A stretch of 64,000 nt of DNA from the NCBI GenBank assembly GCA_965224485.1, contig CBDCZH010000015.1, forward strand, positions 448,001 through 512,000. Reading direction: 5' to 3'. The notes beneath the pieces are model-generated. The model was not told the DNA's origin, made no database searches, and saw only the letters and a list, made by a program, of their open reading frames with translations. The translations under genes were made by a program, and so were the position numbers. Within the stretch, counting starts at the first letter, position 1; each line of letters starts with the position of its first letter. The DNA comes from Arcobacteraceae bacterium (GTDB lineage: Bacteria; Campylobacterota; Campylobacteria; Campylobacterales; Arcobacteraceae). Shown in pieces: positions 44,591-53,830 of this stretch.

Positions 44591-46222
44591 ATGAGTAAAA
44601 ATAATATTCAGTTCTCTTCTTTTTCTCTTGCAAAAAGAAAAGAAATTATAGGTGATGATTTTTATGAAATAAAAGTTTTAGATGATTTAACTATAGCTAT
44701 AGTATGTGATGGGGTTGGTTCTGCAAATAAAGGAGCCCAAGCTGCTAAAAAAGTAACCAAAAGTCTTATGCATAATTTTAAAACAAAGCCTAAAAGTTGG
44801 AGCATAGAAAAAGCTTTAAATATTTTTATAAAATCTATTAATTCAATTTTATATGAAAAATCAATAGAAGATTATGAAAGTGCTCAATTAGTAACAACCC
44901 TAGCCATTGTTATTATAGAAGGCAATAGGCTTTATGGGGCAAATGTTGGAGATAGTAGAATTTATTTACAAAGAGATAATAAGCTAAACAAACTCTCATA
45001 TGATCATATCATAGGTGGAGTTGGCTTTGAAAATGTTTTAAGCTCTGCTATTGGAATTGATAAAGAAGTTGAAGTATTTTATTTTGAAAATAACTTAGAA
45101 AAAGAGGATAAAATACTTCTATGTTCAGATGGGTTATACTCTTTACTAAGTACTGAAATACTCAAAGAAAATATTAATAAGGGGGCTTATAATTTGGTAA
45201 AAAAAGCAAGTTTACTTGTGAATGATAATTTACCAGATGATACAACAGCTCTCGTACTTAATATTTTAGATACAGATGAAATAACAAAAATAAAACAGCT
45301 TAAATTACTTATTCCTTTAGATTTAAAAAAAGATGATGTAATTGATGATTATATATTAAAAGAGTCTTTAATTGGAAATAACAGAACATGGGTTTGCCAA
45401 AAAAAAGGTTTAGAATATGTAATAAAATTTGCCCCAATAGAAGCAATTCATGATGAAGAAGTTTTGGATCTTTTTGCAAAAGAAATTTGGAATGCAAAAA
45501 GATTAAAAGCTGGATTTTTTGTAAAAACTATTGTTCCTAAAAATAGAACGGCTAGATACTATATTATGCCAAAACTTAAAGGTATTAATTTAAAGAAATA
45601 TCTAAAAAAAAGAACTTTAAGTATTGAAGAATCAATATCTTTAGCTAAAACATTACTTCACATGAGTCAATATTTACTTAAATTTGATTTAGTTCATGGA
45701 GATATTAAACCTGAAAATATAATGGTACTTGAACGTAAAGGAAAAAGAATATTTAAAATTATAGATTTTGGAAGTATTACAGAACTTTATTCTTTAAATT
45801 CTAAGGCAGGAACGCCTTCATATTTGGCTCCTGAGAGATTTAAAGAAGGTCAAATCAATGAAAAAACTGAAATATTTTCTATTGGAATTACTTTATATGA
45901 AGCATTAACAAATAAGTATGCATATAAAGAAATAGAACCTTTTCAAAATCCAACTTTTAAAACAGCAAAATCGGTAAAGAATCATAATCCTAATGTTCCA
46001 TCTTGGTTAGAAGCAGTTATTTTAAGGGCCATTAGTATACCAATAGATAGAAGATATAATAATTATTCTTTAATGTTATTTGAACTAGAAAATCCTTTGA
46101 AAGTAAAAGCTTTCTTTGAAAAAGACGCTCCACTTCTAAAAAAAAATCCTTTGAAATTTTATCAGTTTTCTTTTTACTTCTTATTAATAATTAATTTTAT
46201 TCTTTTAGTAAAACTACTCTAA
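44591..46222 (+). CDS. bifunctional PP2C phosphatase / Hanks Ser-Thr kinase with C-terminal TM
   Basis: CDGVG, ANVGDSR, LCSDGL, DD (PP2C); HGDIKPEN, DFG, APE (kinase). Confidence 0.92.
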   Translation: MSKNNIQFSSFSLAKRKEIIGDDFYEIKVLDDLTIAIVCDGVGSANKGAQAAKKVTKSLMHNFKTKPKSWSIEKALNIFIKSINSILYEKSIEDYESAQLVTTLAIVIIEGNRLYGANVGDSRIYLQRDNKLNKLSYDHIIGGVGFENVLSSAIGIDKEVEVFYFENNLEKEDKILLCSDGLYSLLSTEILKENINKGAYNLVKKASLLVNDNLPDDTTALVLNILDTDEITKIKQLKLLIPLDLKKDDVIDDYILKESLIGNNRTWVCQKKGLEYVIKFAPIEAIHDEEVLDLFAKEIWNAKRLKAGFFVKTIVPKNRTARYYIMPKLKGINLKKYLKKRTLSIEESISLAKTLLHMSQYLLKFDLVHGDIKPENIMVLERKGKRIFKIIDFGSITELYSLNSKAGTPSYLAPERFKEGQINEKTEIFSIGITLYEALTNKYAYKEIEPFQNPTFKTAKSVKNHNPNVPSWLEAVILRAISIPIDRRYNNYSLMLFELENPLKVKAFFEKDAPLLKKNPLKFYQFSFYFLLIINFILLVKLL

Positions 46223-46229
46223 GATATTA

Positions 46230-46283
46230 TGTATATATTATATACAGTTACTAGACTATAATATATACAGATAATGATACGAT
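46230..46283 (+). promoter_or_regulatory. TGTAT-N7-ATACA box plus extended -10 for the reductase operon
   Basis: TGTATATATTATATACA (46230-46246), half-site ending 46269, TGa-TACGAT (46275-46283). Confidence 0.7.
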
Positions 46284-46310
46284 ACCTTATATAAATAAAG
46301 GAATGGTATT

Positions 46311-47900
46311 ATGTCTATTAGCGAACTTACACCCCTAGATAGTTTTATTAATCATAAAAGTAATAACAATATGCAATGTGGTAACTACTCTATAGATATA
46401 AGAAAACCTAAAAAAGGTGAACAATATAGATTCCATTTTGATGCAAGTGCCTGTATAGGTTGTCACTGCTGTGAAGTTGCTTGTAATGAGCAAAACAATA
46501 ATCCTTCTGATGTTAAATGGAGAAGAGTAGGTGAAATGCAAAGTGGTATTTTTCCAAAAGTATCTCATCATTTTAACTCAATGTCATGTAATCATTGTAT
46601 TGATCCAGAATGCTTAAAAGGCTGTCCTACCTCTTCATATATAAAGTTTGATAATGGAATTGTTTATCATGAAGATGAAACCTGTATTGGCTGTCAATAC
46701 TGTACATGGAACTGCCCTTATGAAGTTCCTGTCTTTAATGAAGATAGAGCAATTGTAACAAAGTGTCATATGTGTCATGATAAATTAGAAGTAGGAGAAA
46801 CACCATCTTGTGTTCAAGCCTGTCCCTCTGCTGCTATACAAATTGAAATAGTTAATGTAAAACAGTGGTTAGAAGTTGATATGAAAGAGCAAGGAATAGC
46901 TCCTCTTTTACCAAATATAGATATTACAAAACCAACAACTAGGTATACTTTAAATACTCAACAAGAAGATATTGTACCAGCTGATAAGCACATTATTAAA
47001 GCAAACCATGCACACTGGCCTTTAGTATTCATGACTATTTTAACTCAAATTTCATTTGGAGGGTTTTTAGCTCTTAGCTTAGGAGAACTTGTAAATTTTT
47101 CTGGTTTAAACTTAGCAGAACCTACATTTTTAATGATGTTAATAGTACTTTTACCTTCTGCTATTGGTCTTCCTTTATCTGCTTTACATTTAGGACGTCC
47201 TTTTTTAGCTTTAAGTGCAATGAAAAACATTAAAACCTCTTGGTTAAGCAGAGAAGCATTAGCTTTAGGTTTATTTACACTAGGAATGAGTCTGATTCTT
47301 TCTTTGTTCTTTTTTCAAACAAGCCAAAGTCTAAGACTATTTTTTGAAATAATAGTTTTAGGTATTGGAACATATGGAATATATGCACAATCCATGATAT
47401 ATAGAATAAAAGCACGACCTTCTTGGAATAAAAAAGATACAAACAATATCTTTTTTACTGTTTCTTATATTGGTATTTTTATAGTAACTTTTATTTTACT
47501 TTTAAACAATGAATATTCAAGTGCTGCTGCTTTACTTCCTTTTGGTCTAGGTCTTGCTATTTTTCAATTAGTTATTTTAATAAAACAAAATATGTTTTAT
47601 AAATATTTAGATAAAAACGATGAATGTTTTTATCAATTAAATAAAACTAAAATATTATATGAAGAGATGTTTAAACAAGCAAATACTTTAAGAAAAACAA
47701 CTCTTATTATAGGTGCTTTAGTATTACCTACTTTAAGTATTTTATTAATAGCAAGTACGAACTATCAAATAGCAAGTATATTCATGCTTTTTTCTATACT
47801 TATTTCTTTTATTTCAGAATTAATTTCAAGATCCTTATTTTATAAAACAGCAGTTGCACAAGGACTAGCTGGTAACTTTTTTGCAGGGAGTCAAAGATAA
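46311..47900 (+). CDS. fused DmsB-like 4x[4Fe-4S] domain + DmsC/NrfD-like membrane anchor
   Basis: CIGCHCCEVAC, CNHC..PECLKGCP, CIGCQYCTWNCP, CHMC..PSCVQACP; HWPLVFMT, SALHLGRP, SWLSRE, SELISR with ~8 TM. Confidence 0.9.
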   Translation: MSISELTPLDSFINHKSNNNMQCGNYSIDIRKPKKGEQYRFHFDASACIGCHCCEVACNEQNNNPSDVKWRRVGEMQSGIFPKVSHHFNSMSCNHCIDPECLKGCPTSSYIKFDNGIVYHEDETCIGCQYCTWNCPYEVPVFNEDRAIVTKCHMCHDKLEVGETPSCVQACPSAAIQIEIVNVKQWLEVDMKEQGIAPLLPNIDITKPTTRYTLNTQQEDIVPADKHIIKANHAHWPLVFMTILTQISFGGFLALSLGELVNFSGLNLAEPTFLMMLIVLLPSAIGLPLSALHLGRPFLALSAMKNIKTSWLSREALALGLFTLGMSLILSLFFFQTSQSLRLFFEIIVLGIGTYGIYAQSMIYRIKARPSWNKKDTNNIFFTVSYIGIFIVTFILLLNNEYSSAAALLPFGLGLAIFQLVILIKQNMFYKYLDKNDECFYQLNKTKILYEEMFKQANTLRKTTLIIGALVLPTLSILLIASTNYQIASIFMLFSILISFISELISRSLFYKTAVAQGLAGNFFAGSQR

Positions 47901-50230
47901 TGTCAATATTTATAAATAAAATTAAAGATTTTTTAGGCTTTGATATAAAAGAGCAAAAGTATGCTCTAATAAATGATTCAAAATTTGGACTAATATCTAA
48001 GGAAAAAGCTCCTACTTCATGGGTACGTTCAACTTGTGGATATTGTGGCGTTGGTTGTGGTTTATATATTGGAGTTAAGGATAATAAACCTATATATACA
48101 AAAGGAGATTTTTCTCATCCAGTAAATCAAGGCACCTTATGCCCTAAAGGTTTAAGTGAACATGAAATGGTACAAAGTGAAAATAGATATAGCTCTCCTA
48201 TGATGAAAAAAGATGGAAGATTAGTAGCTTCAAGCTGGGATGAAACGTTTGCTTTTACAAGTGAAAAATTTAAAGAAATTCAAAAGAAATATGGAAAAGA
48301 AGCTCTTGCTTGTATCTCAACAGGGCAGCTTTTAAGTGAAGAATTTTATACCTTAGGTAAATTTATGCAAATAGGTTTACAATCAAATAATTATGATGGT
48401 AATACTACTTTATGTATGGCTTCTTCTGTTATGGGATATAAACAAACCTTTGGTGCAGATGGTCCAGTTGGGGCTTATGAAGATTTCTCATATGCTGATG
48501 TAATTGTGTTAATTGGAGCAAATATTGCAGACAATCATCCTATATTAAAACTACATATTGCTAAAAACAAACAATTTACTGGAAAAAAACCTACGATTAT
48601 TGTAATAGACCCAAGATACTCTAAAACAGCAAATATGGCTGATATTTTTGTTCCTCTTAAGCCTAGAAGCGATTTAGCATTAATAAATACCCTTTGTTAC
48701 ATTATTTTAGAACAAGGGTGGGAAGATACTGAGTTTATAAACAAAAGAACTACTTCTTTTAAAGAGTTTAAAAAACATATTATGAATAATTATGCCCCAC
48801 AAAATGTTGCTGTAATTACAGGAATTGAAGTAAAAGATTTATATGAATTAGCTCGTGTTTATGCAAAAGCTAACAAAGCTATGAGTGCTTGGACTATGGG
48901 AGTTAACCAAAGTTCAATTGGAACAGATACAGTAAGTGCAATTTGTAACTTGGCGTTAATTACTGGAAATATAGGGAAACAAGGAGCAAGTGCTTTATCT
49001 ATTACAGGACAGTGTAATGCTATGGGAACAAGAGAAAGTGGTTTTACCTCATCAATACCAGGATATAGAGACTTTTCTTCAAAAGAAGACAGACAAGAAT
49101 ATGCAAAGCTTGTAAATATTGAGGAAAAAGATGTTCCTAAAAAAAGAGGTTATTCTTATCCTCAAATTATTGAAGCTATTAATAGAGGTGAAATCAAAGC
49201 CTTATGGATAGTTGCAACTAATCCTTTAGTTTCTTATCCAGATCAAAATAAATTAAGAGCAGCTTTAAAAAAACTAGAGCTACTTGTAGTTCAAGATGCT
49301 TTTAAAAGTGAAACTTCACTTATTGCTGATGTTGTTTTTTCAGCATCTACTTGGTCTGAAAAAGAAGGAACTTACACAAATAGCGAACGTCGTTGTAATT
49401 ATGCAAGGAAAGCTGTTGAACCCTTAGGCAATACAAAAAGTGATTTTCATATTTTTTTAGAATTTTCTAAATATTTTGAAGGAATGCATGAAAAGTTATA
49501 TCCTAAATGGAAAAACCCTATAGATGCTTTTAATGAATGGAAAAAAGTAAGTAAAGCAAGACCATGTGATTATTCAGGAATGTCATATAACTTAATTGAA
49601 GAATTAGGAGGAATACAATGGCCTTGTAATAAGGACTTTCCAAAAGGAAAAGTTAGATTATATGATGAGAACATGCCTTTTTGTAACACAGATGGAAAAG
49701 CAAAACTTTTAAATCTTGACTGGTTAGAACTTCTTGAACCTGCAAATAAAAACTTTCCACTTATTCTAAATACTGGTCGTACAGTTGAACAGTGGCATAC
49801 AAGAACAAAGACAAAAACTATTTCAATACTAAATGATTTAGCACCACAAGCGTGGGTTGAAATAAATCCTAATGATGCCCTTAAGCTTGAAGTTAAAAGT
49901 GGTGATTATTTAAGTATTAGCTCAAAAAGAGGAAAAATCAATAACATTATTGTAAAAGAGTCTCAAATGATAAGAGAAGGTCATATTTTTGTACCTTTTC
50001 ATTATAACGAGCAGTTAATTAATACTATAAGTATTGCTGATTTTGATCCTAAATCATTTGAACCAAATTATAAACAATGTGCTGTTCAGTTACATAGTAT
50101 AAAAGTACCTTTGGGTCTTAAATATAAAGAAGAAGAGATAAAGGGAGCTTTAGAACATATACATAAAGAGAGTGAAAATAGTTTTAAAATAAAAGAACAT
50201 ATTAAAAATAATCTAAACTTGGAGAAATAG
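47900..50230 (+). CDS. cytoplasmic Mo-bisPGD nitrate reductase catalytic subunit (Nas type)
   Basis: CGYCGVGC..CPKG, NTTLCMAS, WTMGVNQS, TGQCNAMGTRE, LNTGRTVEQWHT; no Tat signal; next to nirBD. Confidence 0.88.
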   Translation: MSIFINKIKDFLGFDIKEQKYALINDSKFGLISKEKAPTSWVRSTCGYCGVGCGLYIGVKDNKPIYTKGDFSHPVNQGTLCPKGLSEHEMVQSENRYSSPMMKKDGRLVASSWDETFAFTSEKFKEIQKKYGKEALACISTGQLLSEEFYTLGKFMQIGLQSNNYDGNTTLCMASSVMGYKQTFGADGPVGAYEDFSYADVIVLIGANIADNHPILKLHIAKNKQFTGKKPTIIVIDPRYSKTANMADIFVPLKPRSDLALINTLCYIILEQGWEDTEFINKRTTSFKEFKKHIMNNYAPQNVAVITGIEVKDLYELARVYAKANKAMSAWTMGVNQSSIGTDTVSAICNLALITGNIGKQGASALSITGQCNAMGTRESGFTSSIPGYRDFSSKEDRQEYAKLVNIEEKDVPKKRGYSYPQIIEAINRGEIKALWIVATNPLVSYPDQNKLRAALKKLELLVVQDAFKSETSLIADVVFSASTWSEKEGTYTNSERRCNYARKAVEPLGNTKSDFHIFLEFSKYFEGMHEKLYPKWKNPIDAFNEWKKVSKARPCDYSGMSYNLIEELGGIQWPCNKDFPKGKVRLYDENMPFCNTDGKAKLLNLDWLELLEPANKNFPLILNTGRTVEQWHTRTKTKTISILNDLAPQAWVEINPNDALKLEVKSGDYLSISSKRGKINNIIVKESQMIREGHIFVPFHYNEQLINTISIADFDPKSFEPNYKQCAVQLHSIKVPLGLKYKEEEIKGALEHIHKESENSFKIKEHIKNNLNLEK

Positions 50231-50231
50231 T

Positions 50232-52697
50232 ATGAAAGAGAAATTAATAGTAATAGGAAATGGAATGAGTGCTCTTCGTACAATTGAAGAGATATTAACA
50301 CATAATAAAGAGAAATATGAAATTCAGATATTTGGAGAAGAACCTTATGTAAACTACAATAGAATTATGCTCTCACATTTATTAAGTAAAGAAAAAACAT
50401 TTGAAGATACAATTATAAATCATCAGACTTGGTATGATGAAAATGAAATCATTTTATACAAAGACGAAAAAGTAATTTTTATTGATAAAGACAAAAAACG
50501 TATTAATACTTCTAAAAATAAAGAGATTAGTTATGACAAACTTTTAATAGCAACAGGCTCAAAACCTTTTATTCCCAAAACTAAAGGTAGCCACTTAAAA
50601 AACGTTATAGGCTTTAGAACAAAAGCTAATGTTGATTCAATTATGCAAACTATTTCAAAGAATAAAACAGCAGTTGTAGTAGGTGGTGGTTTATTAGGTC
50701 TTGAAGCTGCTTATGGAATTTCTCAACATGGAATTAAAACTATCTTAGTACATAGAAGTGAAAATTTAATGAGTCAACAATTAGATAGCACTGCTGGTAA
50801 ACTATTACAAAAAAACTTAGAGCAATATGGCATAGAGTTTAAACTAAATAATACGATTAAAGAGATTAAAGGTAAAGAAGCAGTAGAAGAAGTTTTTTTT
50901 ACTAAAGGAGCTAGTGTTGAATCAAACTTAGTTGTTTTTGCAACTGGAATTATTCCAAACACTACAATCTGTCAAGAAGCTGGTTTACATGTTAATAAAG
51001 GAATTATAGTTGATGATTTCTTAAAATCAAGCGATGATAATATTTTTGCTATTGGGGAGTGCTGTGAACATAAGGGAAATACTTATGGTTTAGTAGCACC
51101 ATTATTTGAACAAGCAGTAGTATTAGCAAAAAGTTTAAGCAATAAAGAAACAGAAGCATACAAAGGTTCGATTACTTCTACTAGATTAAAAGTATCAGGT
51201 GTTGACTTATTTTCAGCTGGAGATTATTTGGGTAATAGCAATACTGAAGAGTTAATTTTACTTGATGCAAAAGTAGGTATTTATAAAAAACTTGTTATTT
51301 GTGATGATAAAATAATTGGTGTAATTTTATATGGGGATACATCAGATGCTTCGTGGTATTTAAAAATGTTAAAAGAAGCTACAGATATCACTAGCTTAAG
51401 AACAAAGCTTTTATATGGAAAAACTTCTCTTAAAAATTCCTCAAAGGAAGGAAATGATATCAATTCTATGAGTGATGAAGAAGAAGTTTGTGGCTGTAAT
51501 GGAGTTTGCAAAGGTGATATTGTTACTGCTATTAAAACTAATGATTTAAAAACATTAGGTGAAGTTAAGTCGTGTACAAAAGCTGGTGCTTCTTGTGGTT
51601 CTTGTTTAGACCTAGTTGAACAAATTTTAATAAATACTTTAGGAGATGAATATAAAAATACTATAGAAGGAATTTGTCCTTGTTGTGATGTTGGACACAA
51701 AACAATTAAAGAGTGTATTAATTCTTTTGACTTTACCAATGTATACGAAGTTTTTAAAAAACTTTCTTGGAAAAATGAAGATGGTTGTATTAAATGTAGA
51801 CCAGCAATTAATTACTATTTACTTGTAAAATATAATGATAATAAATACAAAAATGATAAAAGGTCACTTTTAGTTAATGACAGAGTTTTTGCAAATATCC
51901 AAAAAGATGGTACATATTCTGTGGTACCTAGAATTTGGGGAGGGGTAACTTCTGCTAAAGAGCTAAGAGATATGGCGGATATTGCTTTAAAATATAATGT
52001 TCCTACCCTCAAATTTACAGGTGGACAAAGACTTGATATGTTGGGTGTTAAAAAAGAACAATTAGAACCTATATGGAAAGATTTAAATGATGCTGGTTTT
52101 GTATCTGGTCAAGCTTATGCAAAAGGACTAAGAACTGTTAAAACTTGTGTAGGAAATCAATGGTGCAGATTTGGGACACAAGATGCAATGCAAATGGGCA
52201 TTGATATAGAAAAACTTACTTGGGGTTCATGGATGCCACATAAATTTAAAATAGCAGTTTCAGGCTGCCCCCGTAATTGTGCGGAAGCTACTATTAAAGA
52301 TATTGGAATTATTGGAGTAGATTCTGGCTGGGAAATTTATATTGCTGGAAATGGTGGTATAAAAGTTAGGATAACAGATTTTTTTACAAAAGTTAAAAGT
52401 GATGAAGAACTATTTTTATATATAAAAGCACTTACTCAATTTTATAGAGAAGATGCTTATTATTTAGAAAGAACAGCACAATGGGTAGAACGAGTTGGCT
52501 TACAGTACGTAAAAGATGCAATTTTAAATAATAAAAGCAATAGAGTTAAGTATGCAGTTGCTTTTGAAGAATCACAAAAATATGCACAAATTGATCCTTG
52601 GGCAGAATCTATAAAGTCAGGTTTTACTAAAGAGTTTAGTCCAATTATTTTAGACATAAAAGATTCTAAAGGTTTTCAAGCAAAGGAGTTAGTGTAA
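50232..52697 (+). CDS. nirB: NAD(P)H nitrite reductase large subunit
   Basis: GNGM, ATGS, GGGLLGLEAA, BFD CGCN / CGSC, KTCVGNQWCRFG, SGCPRNCAE. Confidence 0.96.
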   Translation: MKEKLIVIGNGMSALRTIEEILTHNKEKYEIQIFGEEPYVNYNRIMLSHLLSKEKTFEDTIINHQTWYDENEIILYKDEKVIFIDKDKKRINTSKNKEISYDKLLIATGSKPFIPKTKGSHLKNVIGFRTKANVDSIMQTISKNKTAVVVGGGLLGLEAAYGISQHGIKTILVHRSENLMSQQLDSTAGKLLQKNLEQYGIEFKLNNTIKEIKGKEAVEEVFFTKGASVESNLVVFATGIIPNTTICQEAGLHVNKGIIVDDFLKSSDDNIFAIGECCEHKGNTYGLVAPLFEQAVVLAKSLSNKETEAYKGSITSTRLKVSGVDLFSAGDYLGNSNTEELILLDAKVGIYKKLVICDDKIIGVILYGDTSDASWYLKMLKEATDITSLRTKLLYGKTSLKNSSKEGNDINSMSDEEEVCGCNGVCKGDIVTAIKTNDLKTLGEVKSCTKAGASCGSCLDLVEQILINTLGDEYKNTIEGICPCCDVGHKTIKECINSFDFTNVYEVFKKLSWKNEDGCIKCRPAINYYLLVKYNDNKYKNDKRSLLVNDRVFANIQKDGTYSVVPRIWGGVTSAKELRDMADIALKYNVPTLKFTGGQRLDMLGVKKEQLEPIWKDLNDAGFVSGQAYAKGLRTVKTCVGNQWCRFGTQDAMQMGIDIEKLTWGSWMPHKFKIAVSGCPRNCAEATIKDIGIIGVDSGWEIYIAGNGGIKVRITDFFTKVKSDEELFLYIKALTQFYREDAYYLERTAQWVERVGLQYVKDAILNNKSNRVKYAVAFEESQKYAQIDPWAESIKSGFTKEFSPIILDIKDSKGFQAKELV

Positions 52698-53014
52698 TGA
52701 AAGAAAAAAAAACCTGGTTAGCAGTAGTAAGTCCAAAAGAAGTTCCAGTAATGGGTTCAAGAGTTTTATTTCATAAAAAAGATGAAATTGTTTTATTTAA
52801 AACTAAAGATGAAAAAATTCACGCTATTAGTAATATTTGTCCACATAAACAAGGAAAATTAAGTGAAGGGTTAGTTCATGGAAATAAAGTAACTTGTCCT
52901 TTACATAATTGGGATATTGATTTAGATTCAGGAGAAGCCAAAGGGAATGATTGTGCTTGTACTTCAACATATGAAACTAAAATTGAAAATCAAATGCTTT
53001 ACATTAAACTTTGA
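52697..53014 (+). CDS. nirD: nitrite reductase small Rieske subunit
   Basis: CPHKQG...CPLH. Confidence 0.93.
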   Translation: MKEKKTWLAVVSPKEVPVMGSRVLFHKKDEIVLFKTKDEKIHAISNICPHKQGKLSEGLVHGNKVTCPLHNWDIDLDSGEAKGNDCACTSTYETKIENQMLYIKL

Positions 53015-53080
53015 TATTATTTTGTATAAAAGTAATGAAAAAAATTGTATAATCAACTTACTAAAAATAAGGTTTAATAT

Positions 53081-53830
53081 ATGTATGATTTTATTGCAAT
53101 AAGCGATGTTTCTAAGGAATTAAAAAAATCAGCTTCTTTATTAAAAGAGTTAGATTTACATGTTCTTATAAGTGGAGAGGCAGGTGTTGGTAAAAAAACA
53201 CTTGCACAGTTTATAAATAATAACTCAGTAATTTATAATGCAAAAGAGCTTCAAAATGACATCAAAGAGAATGCAATTGAGCTTCAAAATGAAACTATTA
53301 TTCTTGATAAAATTGATACTTTAACAAATATTGATCTTTTCCTAACATGGATAGAAGAAAAAGATATCAGAGTATTGGCAACTTGCAAAAATAGTGACTT
53401 AAATAATAAACTTCTTTCTTTATTTTCTATTACTTTAGAAATTCCTCGTTTAGATCAAAGAAAAGAAGATGTAAAAAAACTTTCTTATAAGTTTGCTAAA
53501 GAAGCCTCAGAAGTTTTAGGAATTAAAAATAGACCTTCAAAACTTATAATAAATACAAAAAATAATGCTCACAGTTTAAGGAAATCAATATATTTTTCTT
53601 ATCTTTTTCAAAGTATTGGCGAAAATGAAATTATGATGCTATTAGAAGATTTTATGTTAGAGAATATGCAAGGTGAAAATTCTTATAGAGATTTTTTATA
53701 TCTTTTTGAAGCTCCATTATTAAGATCTGCTCAAAAAAAATATAAATCTCAAGTTCAAATGGCAAAAAATCTAGGACTAAATAGAATAACCTTAAGAAAG
53801 AAGATTGATACACATAAAGATCTTTTATGA
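53081..53830 (+). CDS. truncated NtrC-family regulator: degenerate AAA+ domain + Fis-type HTH, no receiver
   Basis: VLISGEAGVGKK, IPRLDQRKEDV, HTH QVQMAKNLGLNRITLRKKI; ATGA overlap with glnD. Confidence 0.85.
   Translation: MYDFIAISDVSKELKKSASLLKELDLHVLISGEAGVGKKTLAQFINNNSVIYNAKELQNDIKENAIELQNETIILDKIDTLTNIDLFLTWIEEKDIRVLATCKNSDLNNKLLSLFSITLEIPRLDQRKEDVKKLSYKFAKEASEVLGIKNRPSKLIINTKNNAHSLRKSIYFSYLFQSIGENEIMMLLEDFMLENMQGENSYRDFLYLFEAPLLRSAQKKYKSQVQMAKNLGLNRITLRKKIDTHKDLL

Noticed and set aside
46311..50230. Reading the Mo enzyme as periplasmic DMSO reductase or NapA
   Set aside because: No Tat signal, Nas-like Cys-ligand motif (LCMAS), and nitrate transporter/nirBD context
53023..53053. Autoregulatory TGTATA half-sites upstream of the NtrC-like gene (also a degenerate site at 44554-44570)
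   Set aside because: Half-sites or three mismatches only, expected by chance in AT-rich DNA
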